A model generated the notes under the pieces. It was not told where the DNA came from. It saw only the letters and a program-made list of their open reading frames with translations, and ran no database searches. Position numbers and translations under genes: made by a program. Shown here one piece after another: positions 25,073-39,240 of a stretch of DNA of 64,000 bases. The number at the start of each line of letters is the position of its first letter. Position 1 is the first letter of the stretch. Source of the stretch: Sphyrna mokarran (Eukaryota); assembly GCA_024679065.1 (NCBI GenBank), contig JAGIQG010000013.1, positions 34,968,001-35,032,000 of the forward strand, read 5' to 3'.

Positions 25073-25600
25073 ATTTCTGTCCTATTAGGATGACGCCTAA
25101 TTTTAAAACAGTGTCCCCTAGCTCTGGACTTACCCTCAAAAGGAAATATCCTTGTCAATACCATTCAAGATCTTATTTTCTTCAATTAAGTCACCCCAGA
25201 TTCTTCTAAACTGCAGTGTAAATGAGTCCAGTCTCTTGAATCTTTCCTTGTAAGAAGATAAACACAATCCAGGTATCAATCTAGTAAACCCCCTCTAAAC
25301 TGCCTCCAACACATTTACATCCTCACTTAAATAAGGAGACCAAAACTGCATACAGTATTCAAAGTGTGGTCCTGGTAATGCACTGTAAAACCGAAGCACA
25401 ACATTCTCATTTTCATTTTTAACCCCTCTCATGATAAAAAATAGCATTCCATTAGCATTCTTAATTACTTACTGTACCTGCACACTATCTTTCTATGACT
25501 TATGAGAACACTTAGATCCCTCTGCATCACATAATGCTGCAACTGTTGTCCTTTTAAGTAATACTCTGCTTCTTTATTCTCCCTGCTGTAGTTAACAACT
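24860..25600 (-). mobile_element. CR1 3' fragment
   Basis: SRARGH...FKAEVDRFL..KGIRGY; HFEYCMQFW remnant. Confidence 0.75.
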
Positions 25601-26309
25601 TCCCTTTGCTAGGTCTCCATTCGTCGGGACTTGCTCTACATCCTGTCCCATTAGAGGAGGTCATCTGATGTGGGAGGCATAATACAGCGAGGCAGCCTGC
25701 TTATTACATTTAAATGCATGGTAATAGGTTTCCTGACTTTTCGTGGCAGGAATCCCATTCTATCATTGGTTGTGGTTGGGTACAAATGAGCTGGGGAATC
25801 CCATCAGAATTAAACCTGTTTTGGGTTTCTATTCAATTCTCCACCCCTTCTGTCATTCCCAACTCCAAAGATGGGAGTAGAAATTTTGAGTACAGGTGTA
25901 TTCTCAGGTTTTATCTCTGGTTGTGGCTGCTAATCTCCGATTTTCATTTCCCATGTTACTATTTTCTCTTTCGCCTTGAATCTATCCCTTGTTTTATTAC
26001 AACTACCCAAATGATCCTCATCCTCTTTAGTTGTAATAAAGAGTCTAGTTATCATAAAGCTCTCTCTGACTTTCTCTAGTTATGTAATTTGTAAGGATTC
26101 TTGTCCAGCATGGTTCAGGTGTAGATTATCCTAATGGTACAGTCCACACTTTCCACAGTACTGGTGCCAATGCTTATCAAATGAGAACCCACTTCTCCCA
26201 CTTTATGAATCACGCATTCATCCCTCTGATCTTATTTGCCCTGTGTCAGTTTGCATATGGCTTAGGTAACAATCCAATGGTAACATTACCTTTAGGTAAT
26301 GATTTTATT

Positions 26310-26670
26310 TTGATTTGATTTGATTTATTATTGTCACATGTATCGACATATAGCGGGAAGTATTGTTTCTTGCACACTATACAGCCAAAACATACCATTC
26401 ATAGAGAAGGAAACAAGAGAGTGCAGAATACAGTGTTACAGTCTTGCTGTAGAGAAAGATCAACTTAATGCAATGTAAGTCCATTCAAAAGTCTGACAGC
26501 AGCAGGGAAGAAGCTGTACTTGAGTTGGTACATGACATCAGACTTTTATATCTTTTTCCTGAAGGAAGAAGGAGGAAGGAAGAACGTCCAGGGTGCATGG
26601 AGTCCATAATTATGCTGGCTGCTTTGCCAAGGCAATGGGAAGTTTAGACAGAGGCAATGGATGGCAGGCT
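26310..26670 (-). mobile_element. Rex1-type LINE 3' end with (ATTTG)n tail
   Basis: SFFPAAVRLLN-type end (AGCAGGGAAGAAGCTG on +) and a microsatellite tail. Confidence 0.55.
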
Positions 26671-27239
26671 TCTTAATTTAGTGCCTACCTCTTCATACTG
26701 ACTATGCAGAATTTCCTTCCTCATCCTGACTATAATTGGTACTTATATGCTCCATGAAAGCTGCATCCTCTCTCCATTCACTGCAAGTTCTTCTCCAGCC
26801 CTGAGAAAATGCCCCAAACACTGGCAGCAGACAGGCAACGCTGCCCTCTAAACTCTTGCTCTTTGCTGCAGAGGATAGTTTCAATCCTCTTCACTATACT
26901 GAATCACAGGATCGTTACAGTGCAGGTAAGGCCCGTCATAACTGCACAAGTCTCCAAATGAGCACTACAACTTAGTCCCATTCTCCTGCCCTTTCCCTAT
27001 ATGCTTGCGCATTGTTTCTATTCAAATAATCATCTAATGACTCCTGAATGCTTTAATTGAACGTCCCCCACACTTCCAGGTAATGCACTCCAGACTTGAA
27101 CCACTTGCTGTGTGAATAAGGTGACATCACATTTGCTTCTTTTGCAAATCACTTTAAGTCTGTGCCCTCTTGTTCTCAATCCTTTTACCAGTGGGAGTAG
27201 TTTCTCCCTATTATTCTGTCCAGCTCCCTCCCTTTACTC

Positions 27240-27800
27240 ATGAACTGAGGGTTATTTCTGTTCATCACAATGTCTGTAATGCCATGCTGACTGAAGTGTG
27301 TTTTCCCCTGTCATCATTAAAGAATGCTCCCAGTAGTTAGAATAGTTGTCTGCAGTGACAACACCATCAGTTTCTGCCAAAGTAAAAAAAAATCTAACCC
27401 ACAGTTTCATCCATGGTCAGTCAGGATGTCATGCTTCATCATTATCTTTCTAGCTTGTTTTGCTTTGTATTTGTTACACACACTACAGTGGTCAGTGTGG
27501 TGTTTAATTCCATTGCTTATGTTTGGCCAGTAGAGCATTCTCTCGCCTTTTTCAGACTCAAATCAATTCCTTTGATGCTTACATGGATATCCTTCATTCC
27601 TCTCATTTCCTGAGTGATGATAATTCTATTTCCTTTGTACAAGATGCCATTATGGACTGTCAATTCATCTTGGTACGATCAGTGTGCTGTTGTGACCATA
27701 AGTGTGTCCTTTATGGTCTGAGGCCGACTTCTCATCACTATCTCTTGCAAGCGCTTGTAGAATTGTATTTAGTCGGACATTTTGCTTGATTTGAACAAGA
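27240..27800 (-). mobile_element. Gypsy LTR-retrotransposon integrase relic
   Basis: ELTVHNGILYKGNRIII...LYWPNISNGIKHHTDHCSVC (integrase H2C2 zinc-binding region), frameshifted. Confidence 0.75.
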
Positions 27801-27821
27801 CACTTCTCGGTCAGATTCAAT

Positions 27822-28023
27822 GGCTGGAATTCTCCGGCTATTCACGCCAGCAGGATTCTCCAGTCTCACCGGCAGTGCACCCCTGGCTGCAGCCTGGTGT
27901 GGGGTGACATCAGTGGGAATTCCCACTGACAGTGGTGGGACCAGCGCATCCTGCCACTCACAAACAATGCGTCACCTCCTGCTGGCGGGCAACACTGGGT
28001 TGGGAGGCATGCAAATCCCAGCC
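27822..28023. mobile_element. Non-autonomous MITE, Harbinger-like TIRs (relatives at ~34483-35375, 38505-38701, 38983-39104, 44002-44118, 44258-45310)
   Basis: GGCTGGAATT...AAATCCCAGCC terminal inverted repeats; recurring GG(C/G)C(A/G)GAATT(C/T)T termini. Confidence 0.55.
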
Positions 28024-28419
28024 AACATTTCTATTGGGTTGAGTTCCAGATAATATCAAGTTGCTGCTTCACACTGAATCTGAAAGCTTTCACATTCTGT
28101 TGTAGAGTCTTCAACTTTCTTCACTGGGGACATGGCTTTCAATCGCGTTTGTGCATTGTACATTTGTTTTCCTTGATTGTATGTCCCTATAAACACTCTT
28201 GCACAAGCTCTGGGGGCAGACTTATCAAAGAAATTCTAAATGCTGAACGAGTGAGAAAATAGGAGATTTTCAGACTAATTTTGTGGGCGAGTTAATAAGT
28301 TTTAAAAAGAAGCAATCTTATGGCACTTGGTCAAAAATAAGTGCCAGTATGCGACTTTCACCAGTAGGTGGCAGGGTGAAGCCTACTCTTGCTGGTGAAG
28401 CTGTCTGCTGAGCTCTGGA

Positions 28420-28535
28420 GGTAAACACTGTAAGAAGTCTCACAACAAACACCAGGTTAAAGTCCAACAGGTTTATTTGGTAGCAAACGCTGGACTTTAA
28501 CCTGGTGTTACGAGACTTCTTACTGTGTTTACCCC
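28420..28535. repeat. Penelope-derived palindrome (related copy at ~34760-34835)
   Basis: GTAAGAAGTCTC..CACCAGGTTAAAGTCCA / TGGACTTTAACCTGGTG..GAGACTTCTTAC. Confidence 0.65.
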
Positions 28536-29099
28536 ATTCTAACTCCACATCATGGCTACCATTAAGCTCTAGGAGTGCCATTGGTGATCCCTCCCTGTGC
28601 TGGGCATCACCCTCCCTCCCTGCTAGGCATCACCAACCCCCACCGCACCCCCCCCCCACTCCACCCCAATCATTACCTTGGATATCACCTCCCCCCTCCC
28701 AAATGTCAACCCTGGCCAGTCATGCTACCATCCATCCCTGACCGCCAGTCCAGCCAATAAATCACTACCCACCTGCCAGCCTTGCCATACAACCCTCTGC
28801 ACCCCAATCACCACCCCTGCAGACGTTTGCCCTCCTCCTCCTGCATGGGAGCCCACATCCCATATCGGTCCCCACTTCCCTCAGGCCCCTCCCCTTTCAG
28901 GTCTTATCTCCCTCAGGCCCTACCCCCTTAGTACTGTCCAGTGAGCAATGTCTGGGTGCCAGCCAGGTAGTGCCAGGACGCCAGTGGGCATTGCCATCTT
29001 ATAAGGCCCAAGGGCACTGCCCACAACCATCCGGAGGCTTTAATCTGCTCCTGATGATACATCCATCATATCTGGTCCCCATTGGAGATGATCATGCAC

Positions 29100-30062
29100 A
29101 GGATCAATACAGCATAGAAACAGCCTTTTGGGCCAACTTGTCCATGTTGCCTTTTTTTTATTGACTAAGCTAGCACTAGTTGCCCACGTTTGGCCCAAAT
29201 CCTTCTATACCTATTCTACCCATATAATTAGAACATAGAACATAGAACAATTGTCTAAATGCTACTATGTCTGGCAGCTTCTTCCATATAATCATCACCT
29301 TCTGTGTGAAAAAAATTGCCTTTCTGAGTTCTTTTTCATCTTTCCCCTTTCACCTTAAACTTATACCATCTAGTTTTAGGCTCCCCTACTTTTGGGGAAA
29401 GATGTTAACTATCTAACTGATTTGTGTCCATCATTATTTTATAGACCTCTATAAGATCATCCCTAAGTCTCCTTTGCTCCAGGGAAAAGAGTCCCAGTCT
29501 ATCCAGAATCTCCTTATAACTCAAACCATCAAGTCCTGGTAGCATCTTAGTAAATTTTTTCTGCACTCTTTTTAGTTTAATAGTATCCTTTCTATAATAG
29601 TGATCAGAACATGCACAGTATTTAAGTGTGGCCTTATCAACGTCTTGTGCAGCTTCAACAAGATGTCCCAATTCCTATATTCAATGTTCAGACCAATGAA
29701 ACCAAGTATGCCGAATGTCTTCTTTACCATTCTGTCCACCCGTGTCTTCACTTTCAAGGTGCTCCTAGATCTCTTTGTTCCATAACTCTCCCCATGCTTT
29801 TCCATTAACTGAGTAAGTCCTGCCCTGGTTCGATCTACCAAAAAGCATCACCTCATATTTATCTAAATTAGACTTCACCTGCCATTCATCAGCCCACTTG
29901 CCCAATTGATCAAGATCCCATTGCAATCCTAGATAACCTTCTTCACTGCCTACTATGCCACTAATCTTGGTGTCACCTACAGACTTACTAACCGTGCCTC
30001 TAAATTTCCTTCCAAATCATTTGATCCCTGAAGCAAACTACTGGTTACAGGCCTCCAGTTTG
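29100..30062 (-). mobile_element. CR1 3' fragment
   Basis: KRVQKKFTKMLPGL...RRLRDDLIEVYKI; LIRPHL. Confidence 0.85.
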
Positions 30063-32734
30063 ACCACATAATCCTTGGCTGGTGAGCAGATAAGATCAAG
30101 TGAGCTGGAACAATAGTGTCCGGGACTCACTCATGATATGCTAAAAATGTCAACAATATTGGAAACCAATTCACTCCATTCATGGGCACAAACAGATTTT
30201 GCCGGCATGATTCTCATTTTTCACCTCAAACTTTTAGAGATCTTAAATTTAGCTTTGAGGTCAGGATACCCTGTAAAATAAATGATCTGAACTCAGATGT
30301 TTAGACCTCACTATTCCAGCTGGCTGTGTGATCCTTGCCAACACACAAATTGTGGACTCGTCAACAGTTGTGGACTCGTCAAGTTTAAGGGCATTCAAAT
30401 GGTCAGTGGTTGGGCATATGGATAGCATTGGAATAGTTTAGGTTAGAGGGTCATAAAATTGGTTCCATTGGTCGATGCAACATCAAGGGCTGAAGGGCCT
30501 GTACTGCGCTGTAATTTTCTATGTTCTAAATTGCGCAGAGCACTGTTAAATCAGATTAGAAAAGGGCGGCTGTTAAACCGATATGTTTCACACTCACCTG
30601 ATCCAACACTGAGCAATTTTGGGAAGATTGCACCCAGTTTGTCTGCAATGGATCTTAACTCCTCTAATATGCCTTTCAAGATTCCAGATTGGCAAAAATA
30701 AATCCTTTCTTCAAAACCCAGAAGTGGTGGGAGTTTGGTCACATGGCTGCTAGAATTTGTAATATCGCCATGTGAAACAGAACTGAGGCAGTCTACCATT
30801 TTACCAATTAACAGATAGCAGCACAAAGAGTGGCGGTAAATTGACTGACCCTTATCTATATTGTACTACTGGAACATCAGAACTCATACATCTGTATCTT
30901 TAAAACCAATTAATCTCTCCACCTTCTTCTTTGGGGGATGTCATCCCTTCTAGGGTGATTGACCACCTTACAGCAGTTTCAGTTTGCTAATCTCTGAAGG
31001 GATACAGCATTGAACTTTTGATTCTTGACTTGGACTTACATAAAACCAAAACTCTTATTTTATTATGATTTTAATTGTATGAGTGCAAAACTCCTTTTGG
31101 CATTTTTTTTGTCTGTATAAAGTAAACCAACCCTCTTATTTTACCTTATCTGGTGCTTGCTGTGAAGTTATTAATAGAAGATTGGATAATTTGAAAATGG
31201 AAGGAATTGGGAAAATACACCACTGTTTTCTGTTCATGGATGGGTAGTAAGAGAAGAAATCAGGACTATTTAAGTTAATCCCCTTTCCATTCGTAACACT
31301 CTTAAAGTTATATCTAAAGTCAAAATAAAATCTAATATTTGCAATGCCCAACTTCTGATTTCCAAGACACTGAAATTCTAATTTCTGTGATTGAAACCGA
31401 GATACCAAGTTACTCTTGGTCTAACTTGCAAGTAGAATGTGTCCACAAAACTAAAGACAGGTGAGAAAATAATGCAAATTGGGGAGGGGAAAGAAAGCAA
31501 ATAAACAAAAGGAATAGTAAAACTATTCATTCAATAGTTTTCTTGTCCTTTGAACTTTATTCAAAAAAGAACGTTGCACATCAATAGATAAAGATAGTAG
31601 AATTACAGCATTAGATCGTTGCATGCTTGGCAAAAATGGAGCATGAAGTGCAGAGTTTTATATGAATGAAGGAAACATCGCTCCACACAACAATGAATTC
31701 CCTGTGATTTTCCAACACACTGAACTCTCCTGAGTAATTTAAGCAAATCACACTTGCGAATTTTCCAAGCTAATATCACCCTTGCATTAACATTTAAAAG
31801 CTTGACTACTCATAATAAAATGGATAAAAGGGAAATCCTTCTGTCTGACAATATGATCCTGCTTTAGTAAGGGCTTGCCCATGTCAAAGATCAAAGGATT
31901 CATCAGGAATGTCTACAAAGAGTCTGCTTTCACTTTATGATCACTGGATTCAATCAACTGGCTTTTATTAACTGTGTTGTCAGACATTACTGGAAAATGT
32001 GGAAGATTGTACATTTTGGCCAGAATCTCACTACCATTCATGCGGACAGGATTTTCCCATCTCACTACAGTGAACGGAAATTTGGCTAGCTGCCAAATCT
32101 TCTAACCTCAAAGCACTGGGAGTGTTGCCTGTGTCTTTCTACTGATACCTTAGAATCCCAATTGTGCAAAAGGGACTGATGTGAATTCTAAAGTGGCCAA
32201 AGCTGGAAAAAGTCTCTAATGTCTGTTTTCAGCATGTCCGGCCTGTGAGATCTTCCACTCCTGCCAAAGTCATTCGAAATTTGAATAGTTCACCACATGA
32301 TGGCAAGAAATCCACTGGAGTTGTGCCAGAACATCCCGGACTACAGCTCTATTAACACAGTTGGAACACTAATAACTGGCACCCACAAACATAAACGGGA
32401 TCATAAGTCAACTTACAAACTATAACAGTGCACTACTTACACCAATATAATTCCAAGGATTAGTTCAATCTTATAAATCAATTGAAATAACACCCACAAA
32501 GCAAATCACAAATATACGTTCCATCACAAAGCACATTATTGAAACAAAGTTTTGATGCTGCTTTTTCCTACTTCTGTTTGCAGAATCGTATCAATATGAA
32601 GACCTCTTATCACCTCTGGAAAAGTCAGTTTTAGCTGCTGGTGCACAAATGAGCCTCCGCTAGTATTTTTTTTATCTCTAGGGCTATACAATGAATTGCA
32701 GGAGCTAATATTCCATGGTCATTTTTGAATTTAT

Positions 32735-33098
32735 TTTTATTCAATCAGGAGACATGGGCGTTGTTGGCCGCTCAGCATTTATTGTCCATCCCTAGTTGCC
32801 TGGGGGCAATTGAGAATCAATCGCATTGCTGTGGCTCGACTCTCATGAGTTACATGTAGATCAGACCAGATAAGTACGGCAGATATCCTTCCCTAAAGGG
32901 CATTAGTGAAGCAGATGGGTTTTTCCAACAATTGATAGTGGTTTCTTGGTCAATAGTAATTTCTTAATTCCAGGCTTTTTTTTACTGAATTCAATTTCCA
33001 CTGTCTGCCATGGTGGGATTCGAACCTGTGTCCCCAGAACATTAACTGAATTTCTGGATTAGTAATCTAAAGATAATACCATTAGGCCATCACCTTCC
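32735..33098 (-). mobile_element. tRNA-derived SINE, SacSINE1/DeuSINE-like (partial copy at ~1190-1375)
   Basis: B box GGTTCGAATCC on the minus strand; central segment shared with 1190-1375. Confidence 0.6.
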
Positions 33099-33339
33099 TT
33101 CATGAAACGTTTAGTGATGAAGTCCACCAGAATCCCAAGACTTTGCTTTCATACCCATACTGTTGGTTTTCATATCCGTTAATTTGTACAAGTGAAGCGG
33201 CTTGAGTAAAGACATACTTGCCTCTTCAGTTTAAATGACAATACTGTTTCTTCTGCTTAAAATGATAAAAAGGTTTTAAATGTTTTTCTACTGAATAATT
33301 TGCTTGTGGCAGAGTGCAAAAAAATGAAGGAGAGAAACA

Positions 33340-33513
33340 TGAGGGAAAAAAGCCACTCTACTTGCTTAAATTAACAGTGGTTAGTATTACCAATTTAGAC
33401 CATTCTTCACCGAGAGAATTGCCAATCAAAATTTAATACTGGCAATTCTGTCAGCAAAGAATGGTCTAAATTGGGTAATACTAACCACTGTTAATTTAAG
33501 CTTTTTTCCCTCA
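33340..33513. repeat. Long near-perfect hairpin/palindrome (MITE-like)
   Basis: Arms 33364-33424 and 33440-33501, 15-nt loop, plus outer TGAGGGAAAAAAGC/GCTTTTTTCCCTCA. Confidence 0.9.
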
Positions 33514-34215
33514 CCTCCCAGAAATCTGCCTTATTCACCAACAACCACACACGTGAGATACTCTAGACAAGTAAACAAAGCCCTCTGTTTTGCACAGCTG
33601 GTATTAGACAGGATTTTATGAAATTTTTTGTCAATCCTTTTTTAATGTGATAGTATTTATATACCCTGAGAGAGGAAGGGTCCTGAGAGTTGACAGCAAG
33701 AGCAGCAGGTGGCAGTCAGCAGCCAACCCTTCAATTAAGGGAATTGTTGAAATTGACATTCCAGTTTGTGGCCTCTGAAAACTGCAACTCAATCTGGAAA
33801 ACTGAATTGTGCAAGTGTTGAGAACCTGAATTTGCGGCTGGTCCTATAAACAGATGTAGACTGCAATTTGCGCATTTCAGTAGCTCAGCTGTTTACCTGA
33901 CTGCTGGCACAATGAAAAGCGACATTGGGACTGAAGCTGGCACCAATGGATAGAATAAGCTGCCCTCATCCCCAGTTATTGATTTTCCAATGCGAACTAC
34001 CTATCTTCAAGGTGCAAATCGGAAAGAGTTAAATTACTCTCCACACTTCAGTGAATTTCCCCAAAGACAAACATATCTCTTAGCTATTCAGTGACTTATA
34101 AAGAAACAACAAACAACTTTTTAATTGTTTATGGAAATTTTGCAATTCATAGTGAGCAATGAAGAATTATTCTGAGAAGTTATTTGATGGCTTCAATGAT
34201 AAAACAGCTTTTGAC

Positions 34216-34265
34216 TTATAAATCTGAAGGATTTCCATCGTCTATGCGAATCATGTTTCCCCCAT
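34216..34265 (-). CDS. Gene B putative terminal coding exon (DGGNMIRIDDGNPSDL*)
   Basis: cctttactttcag acceptor; phase-1 open reading to TAA at 34218-34216; AT-rich sequence follows. Confidence 0.62.
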
Positions 34266-34519
34266 CTGAAAGTAAAGGAAATATAAAGAAGTGTCAGTAT
34301 TTCTTCAGCTCATGCCATGTTATGAGGTAGCAATGTGTAAAACTTTCAAAGAGAAGTGTTCAATATAACTTAAAGTGATTGCAAATTCTGGTGCCTACTT
34401 CATATGTAACATTGGTTATTTCATCCGCAGTTCAAATAACCAGTGTCTATTTTCCGTAAGCTGCAATTTCAACTATCACATAGGCCAGAATTCTCCAGTC
34501 TTGCATGCCCGTTACAACT

Positions 34520-34551
<32 letters not shown>

Positions 34552-36068
34552 AGGCCCCCTTCGGCAGAGCACATTCCCCCATGATCCATCCCCTTGGGAG
34601 ATAGCCCCTCCCTGCGGTCAAGCCACCCCCCCCACCCAAGCCCCGGGAGGCAGCCCCCTCTGGGCAGGGCACACCCCCCAACACAACTCCTTTGCTGCTT
34701 TCCCTGCAGCATCCTTCTGACCTGCACTTGTTGATGTGGAGATGCTAGCATTGGACTAGGGTGAACACATTAAGAAGTCTCATAATACCAGGTTGAAGTC
34801 CTGTTGGACTGGTGTTGCGAGACTTCTTACTGCACTTGTTGGACAGCCTGCAAGCACCTTCCTGGCCTTCCACTGGCGTCTGCCGGAGGAGGGGAAGTGG
34901 GCTCAGATGGATCTCTGGTTGGGGGGTAGTGTGAAGATTCGCTGAAGTCCACCCTCCCCCAATCCTCCATCACTCCCACCCCCAACCGGGGGTGGGGGGG
35001 GGGGGGGGGGGGTCTGCCGGAGTGGTTAGAGGGGAGTCTGCGAGGAGTGTATGAGGAGGATGGGCTTCAGAGATTCAGAGATTCTCCTGCAGAACAGGAA
35101 TCCAGATTTTTATTTTTCAGGTGGATTGCAGTGCAGATCCGAAATGGATCTGAAGACAGTAAAATGGGATTTGACATTACAATACGGCACATGGTTCATG
35201 CATTTAAATTGTCAGGCTGCCAACTGGGGCGCGGACCGGATCCATGCCCAGATTGAGTGTCGGTAAAGGCACGATCTGCTCGGTTTTGGATGCAGATCGG
35301 GTTACAGGCCTGACGCCTGAATTTACCACGATTTTGACCCAAAAACGGGCACCAATTTTTGGTAAAATCAGGCCCTAGATTTCTAATTTGGATAGAAAAT
35401 GCCCTCCCTGTTTGACCATTCCATGTTTCCTTACTGAAACAAATAAGAATCTGTATTGGGTTTTGTGTCATTTTTTTCACTTCAGCTTTCAATCAAGAAA
35501 ACTGGCAGATTAAGAAAGGTCACATTCGGACAAAAGATTTTTCACATTTGGCGACTCTAATACCTTTACAAAACCAGAATGTAGGTGAAATCAGTCAATG
35601 GGTATCACTTCCACACAAAAACAAATTGGCCTAATTTATTTAAATTAATAACATTAGTCTTAATTTTATTTTTATTGCTATTTTAACAGAAGTGTAATCC
35701 AGTTATTGATATCAAGAATTCTAACATATTAATTCCTAACAATCTTACCTAATTTATCTCCAAAAGTATTGATATGTTTTATAATTTTCTGTCTGCAAAT
35801 ACACTTCATGAATGCTTCCTGTTAGGTCATTGCCTCTATCAAAGTATCAGACAGAGGTATTCAATAATTGTGTTAAGTGTTCAATGCATCATCAACAGCA
35901 CAATTTCATGGTACATTTCCTGTCTTTAAATAACTAAGAAACAGATTATTATTTTGTCCATAATCATGCCATTGATGTGTTTCTCCTTTACCCAACAGAT
36001 AGATATATTTTCCACAACTTTTACACTAGTCTGTTAACCTAAGCATAAATCTCATAAATAAAACCCAC

Positions 36069-36356
36069 CTGTGAACACAGCTCGAGTACGGAGAGGCTCT
36101 TTCATCCACCGATGTTTCTTGGAGCAGATGTAATGGTTCTTTGAGTCATGCTTCTGCTTCAGGTCATGTTCAACATGGAAAAATCCATTGTTGTCTCTGG
36201 TCACGATTGTTTCAGAGAAGTCATTCAGAAGATTACCATGGCTATCTTTCCAGCTGACTTCTGGTTCTGGGTACCAGCCTGAAGATTGGCAAGACAGCAT
36301 GTCATTGCCACTTCCATCAGATTTCCATATGATACGGCTACCGTCACTACTTTGTG
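36069..36356 (-). CDS. Gene B exon: B7/butyrophilin-type IgC domain
   Basis: tttttttctag acceptor and G|gtgggt donor; 288 nt, phase 1-1. LSCQSSGWYPEPEVSW...DNNGFFHV...YIC matches the BTN/B7 C motif C-x-S-x-G-W-Y-P-x-P-x-V-x-W. Confidence 0.92.
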
Positions 36357-36594
36357 CTAGAAAAAAATGACATGCCATTATATAAGGAACCACAAAGATA
36401 ATGTGCCTGTAACCCATTACAGAACATAGCAGCTTTCACAACAGTTGAGAATATGTATTTAAAAGCATATTGTGACCAATAATGCCAAAACTATTTACAG
36501 CAGAGCAAAAATAAAACTACAGGAGATAGGTTCAGTGGTTTATGTTGGAATTAGGAGCTTTGGATAAATGCAGGTATCTTATAATTGTGGAAAA

Positions 36595-37930
36595 TTATAG
36601 AACAAGATGAGGCCATTCAGCCCATCATCCCCAGACTAGCTCTTTGAAAGAATTGTCATTTTTAGTTCCATACTCCTGTGTTTTTCACAGTCTTGCAAGT
36701 TCAACATCCGCAACAACCTGCCCAACTCCCTTTGAATATTATTTTTGGAATCACCTTCAAACATCTTTTTAGGTTCAGCATTCTAGATTGCAGCAACTGA
36801 ATGAAAATATTTCATCAGTTCACCTTCACATACGTTGCCAATGATTTTAAATCAATAATTTCAGTTTTTTGATGCATTCACTAGAGAGATTAATTTTTCT
36901 GACCCTATCAAAACCTCTGATCTTCCTGAAAACCTCAATTAAGTCACCTCTTTACCTTCCCTAGTCTTAAATTTTTCAATCTCTCCTTGTAATTAAAATC
37001 CCATATTTCTGATAATTTCTGATAAACCTCCATTGTTACCCCTTGTAAGACCTTTACATCATTACTGAAGTGTCATGTCTGGAACTATCCACAATATTCA
37101 TGAGACCTAATCAGTAACTGATATTTTTCCAGCATCATCTCCCTGGTTTTATATCATATTACTCCATTTAAAATCCAAGAAGCATTACAGCATGGAAACA
37201 GGTCCTTCAGCCCAACTTGTCCCTGCCGCTCTTCTTTTTAAAACCTCAAAGCCAGTCCCAATTGCTGCATTTAGCCCATATCCCTCTATACCATTCTTAT
37301 GTATGAAACTGTCTAAATGCTTTTTAAAAGACTAAATTGTACCTATCTCTACTACTACCTCTGACAGCTTGTTCCAGACACTCATCACCCTCTGTGTGAA
37401 AAAACTGCCCCTCTGGACACTTTCGATCTCTTCCCTCTCACCTTAAACCTATGCCCTCTAGCTTTAGACTTCCCTAACTTTGGGAAAAGATATTGAGTAT
37501 CAATCTGATCTATACCCTTCATTATTTTAAAGACCTCTGTGACATCCCCCCTCAGCCTTCTATGCTCCAGAGAGAAAAGTCTATTCAGCCTCTCCTCCCA
37601 ACTCAAACCATCAAGTCCTGGTAGCATCCTAGTAAACCTTTTCTGCACTCTTTCTAGTTTAAGAATATCCTTTCTATAATAGGGTGACCAAAACTGTACT
37701 TAATATTGTACAGTTATTCTTTTTGTAACCATCTTATCGGCTTACTGTGCCATCTTTAATGATTTGTTCATTTGGTTACTAAGATCTCTCTGCTCATTTG
37801 CATTTTTCAAAACGATGCCATATAGAGCATTTGTTCCTATATTAGTCCCTCTAACAACATCCTCCCTCCAACCTGCATCACTTCACTTTACCAAGTGAAA
37901 TTGATCTGCCTTGTTTCTGTCTATTTTATC
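36595..37930 (-). mobile_element. Nested CR1 fragments
   Basis: QKRFTRMLPGL...RRLRGDVTEVFKI at 37385-37648, inside an older degenerate CR1. Confidence 0.75.
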
Positions 37931-39240
37931 AACCTGTCTATGTCATCCCAAATCTACTGACGAATTTCATCTAAACAGGAGGAGGCCATCTCACAATGTG
38001 GAGATCAGCTCCTTGCGGTGTTTTGTAGAACTCTGTTTACAATTTTCAGAAAATGGTAGGTGACATGTGTTCTGTGCTCATCAGGCTATTTGTACCAGCC
38101 AAGGAATGATCTTAATTATCCTTAAAAAGATGACCTAGGAAATTTTTGTTCAAAAAATTATAACACCTGCTAGGTAGAAATTCTAAATAAACACTTATGA
38201 TATTTTGACAGCACTTCTGTTTTCAATTCTGAGCTGACCAGCTGGCTTTTTAATCTGATCATTCTCTTCTATTTTCTCAGTTTCCTTTATAAGTGCCTCA
38301 ACTGTTCAGATACTCTTGCTTCATCGATATCCTTTATTTTTGGTCCACTCTCTGTTTCTTAATGCAAATTATTGGCCTTCATTTACAATACTGCTGGAAG
38401 TAGGATCAGGGATAGAGATTAATTTGGATTACAGATTTGTGTTATTGTTCTAACCAATAATACCTCCGGGATAAAGTTTGACAATTTCATCTTCCAAACT
38501 CAGTGGGCGAGATTTTGTGGCCATGCTTGCCCCAAAATCAGAAAATCCCACCTGAGGTCAACATACCTTTCCATGGTGTCCGCTTCCCTCCCCAACGACA
38601 ACCCCCCCCCCCCCCCCCACCCCCCCCCCCCCCACCGCTTGCTACAATTTCCATGACAGGCGGAATGGGAAAATTCCCCACAATGTGATAAAAATTCTGG
38701 CTGAAGTTTCTTTATGTCCCACTGCAGCTTCAGTGGATGCCAGAGAAAAATGGCATAATCCCTGATCCTACTGCAAAGTGATAAGACATTGAAAAGTAGG
38801 AGCAGAAATTGCCCATATGGCCCATTGCTGATCATCGCTGATCTGACTGTGATCTCAACTCCATTTTCCAGCCTGACTCCGTCAATCAAAATTCTAACTC
38901 AGCCTTCAATGCATTCAATAACTCAAACTTCACCGTCCTCTGTGGAAGGGAATTCAAAATACTCATGACACTCATGATTCCTTGGCCAGAATTTTACCAG
39001 CCTGCCCACCATGGGAATCAAGCGGGTGAGGGCTGGGATATGGGAAGGTCCACTGACTCCAGGCATGGTTTTGTGATTTGGGACAAGCAAGTAAAATCCT
39101 GCCCCTTATCTCCAACTTAAATGTGAGGCTTTTTATTTTTAAGCTATGCCCCCATCAGTTCTAGAGTCCCCTATGAGGGAAAACATCCATACAACATCCA
39201 TCCTGATAAACCCCCTCAGGAACTTATATGCATTTTACAT

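Noticed and set aside
31400-31525. Hydrophobic minus-strand reading as a possible TM exon for gene B
   Set aside because: Simple pyrimidine-rich tract with a poor acceptor context
34505-34751. Poly-Pro/poly-Gly ORFs (also at 38500-38889)
   Set aside because: Produced by poly-C tracts inside MITE-like repeats
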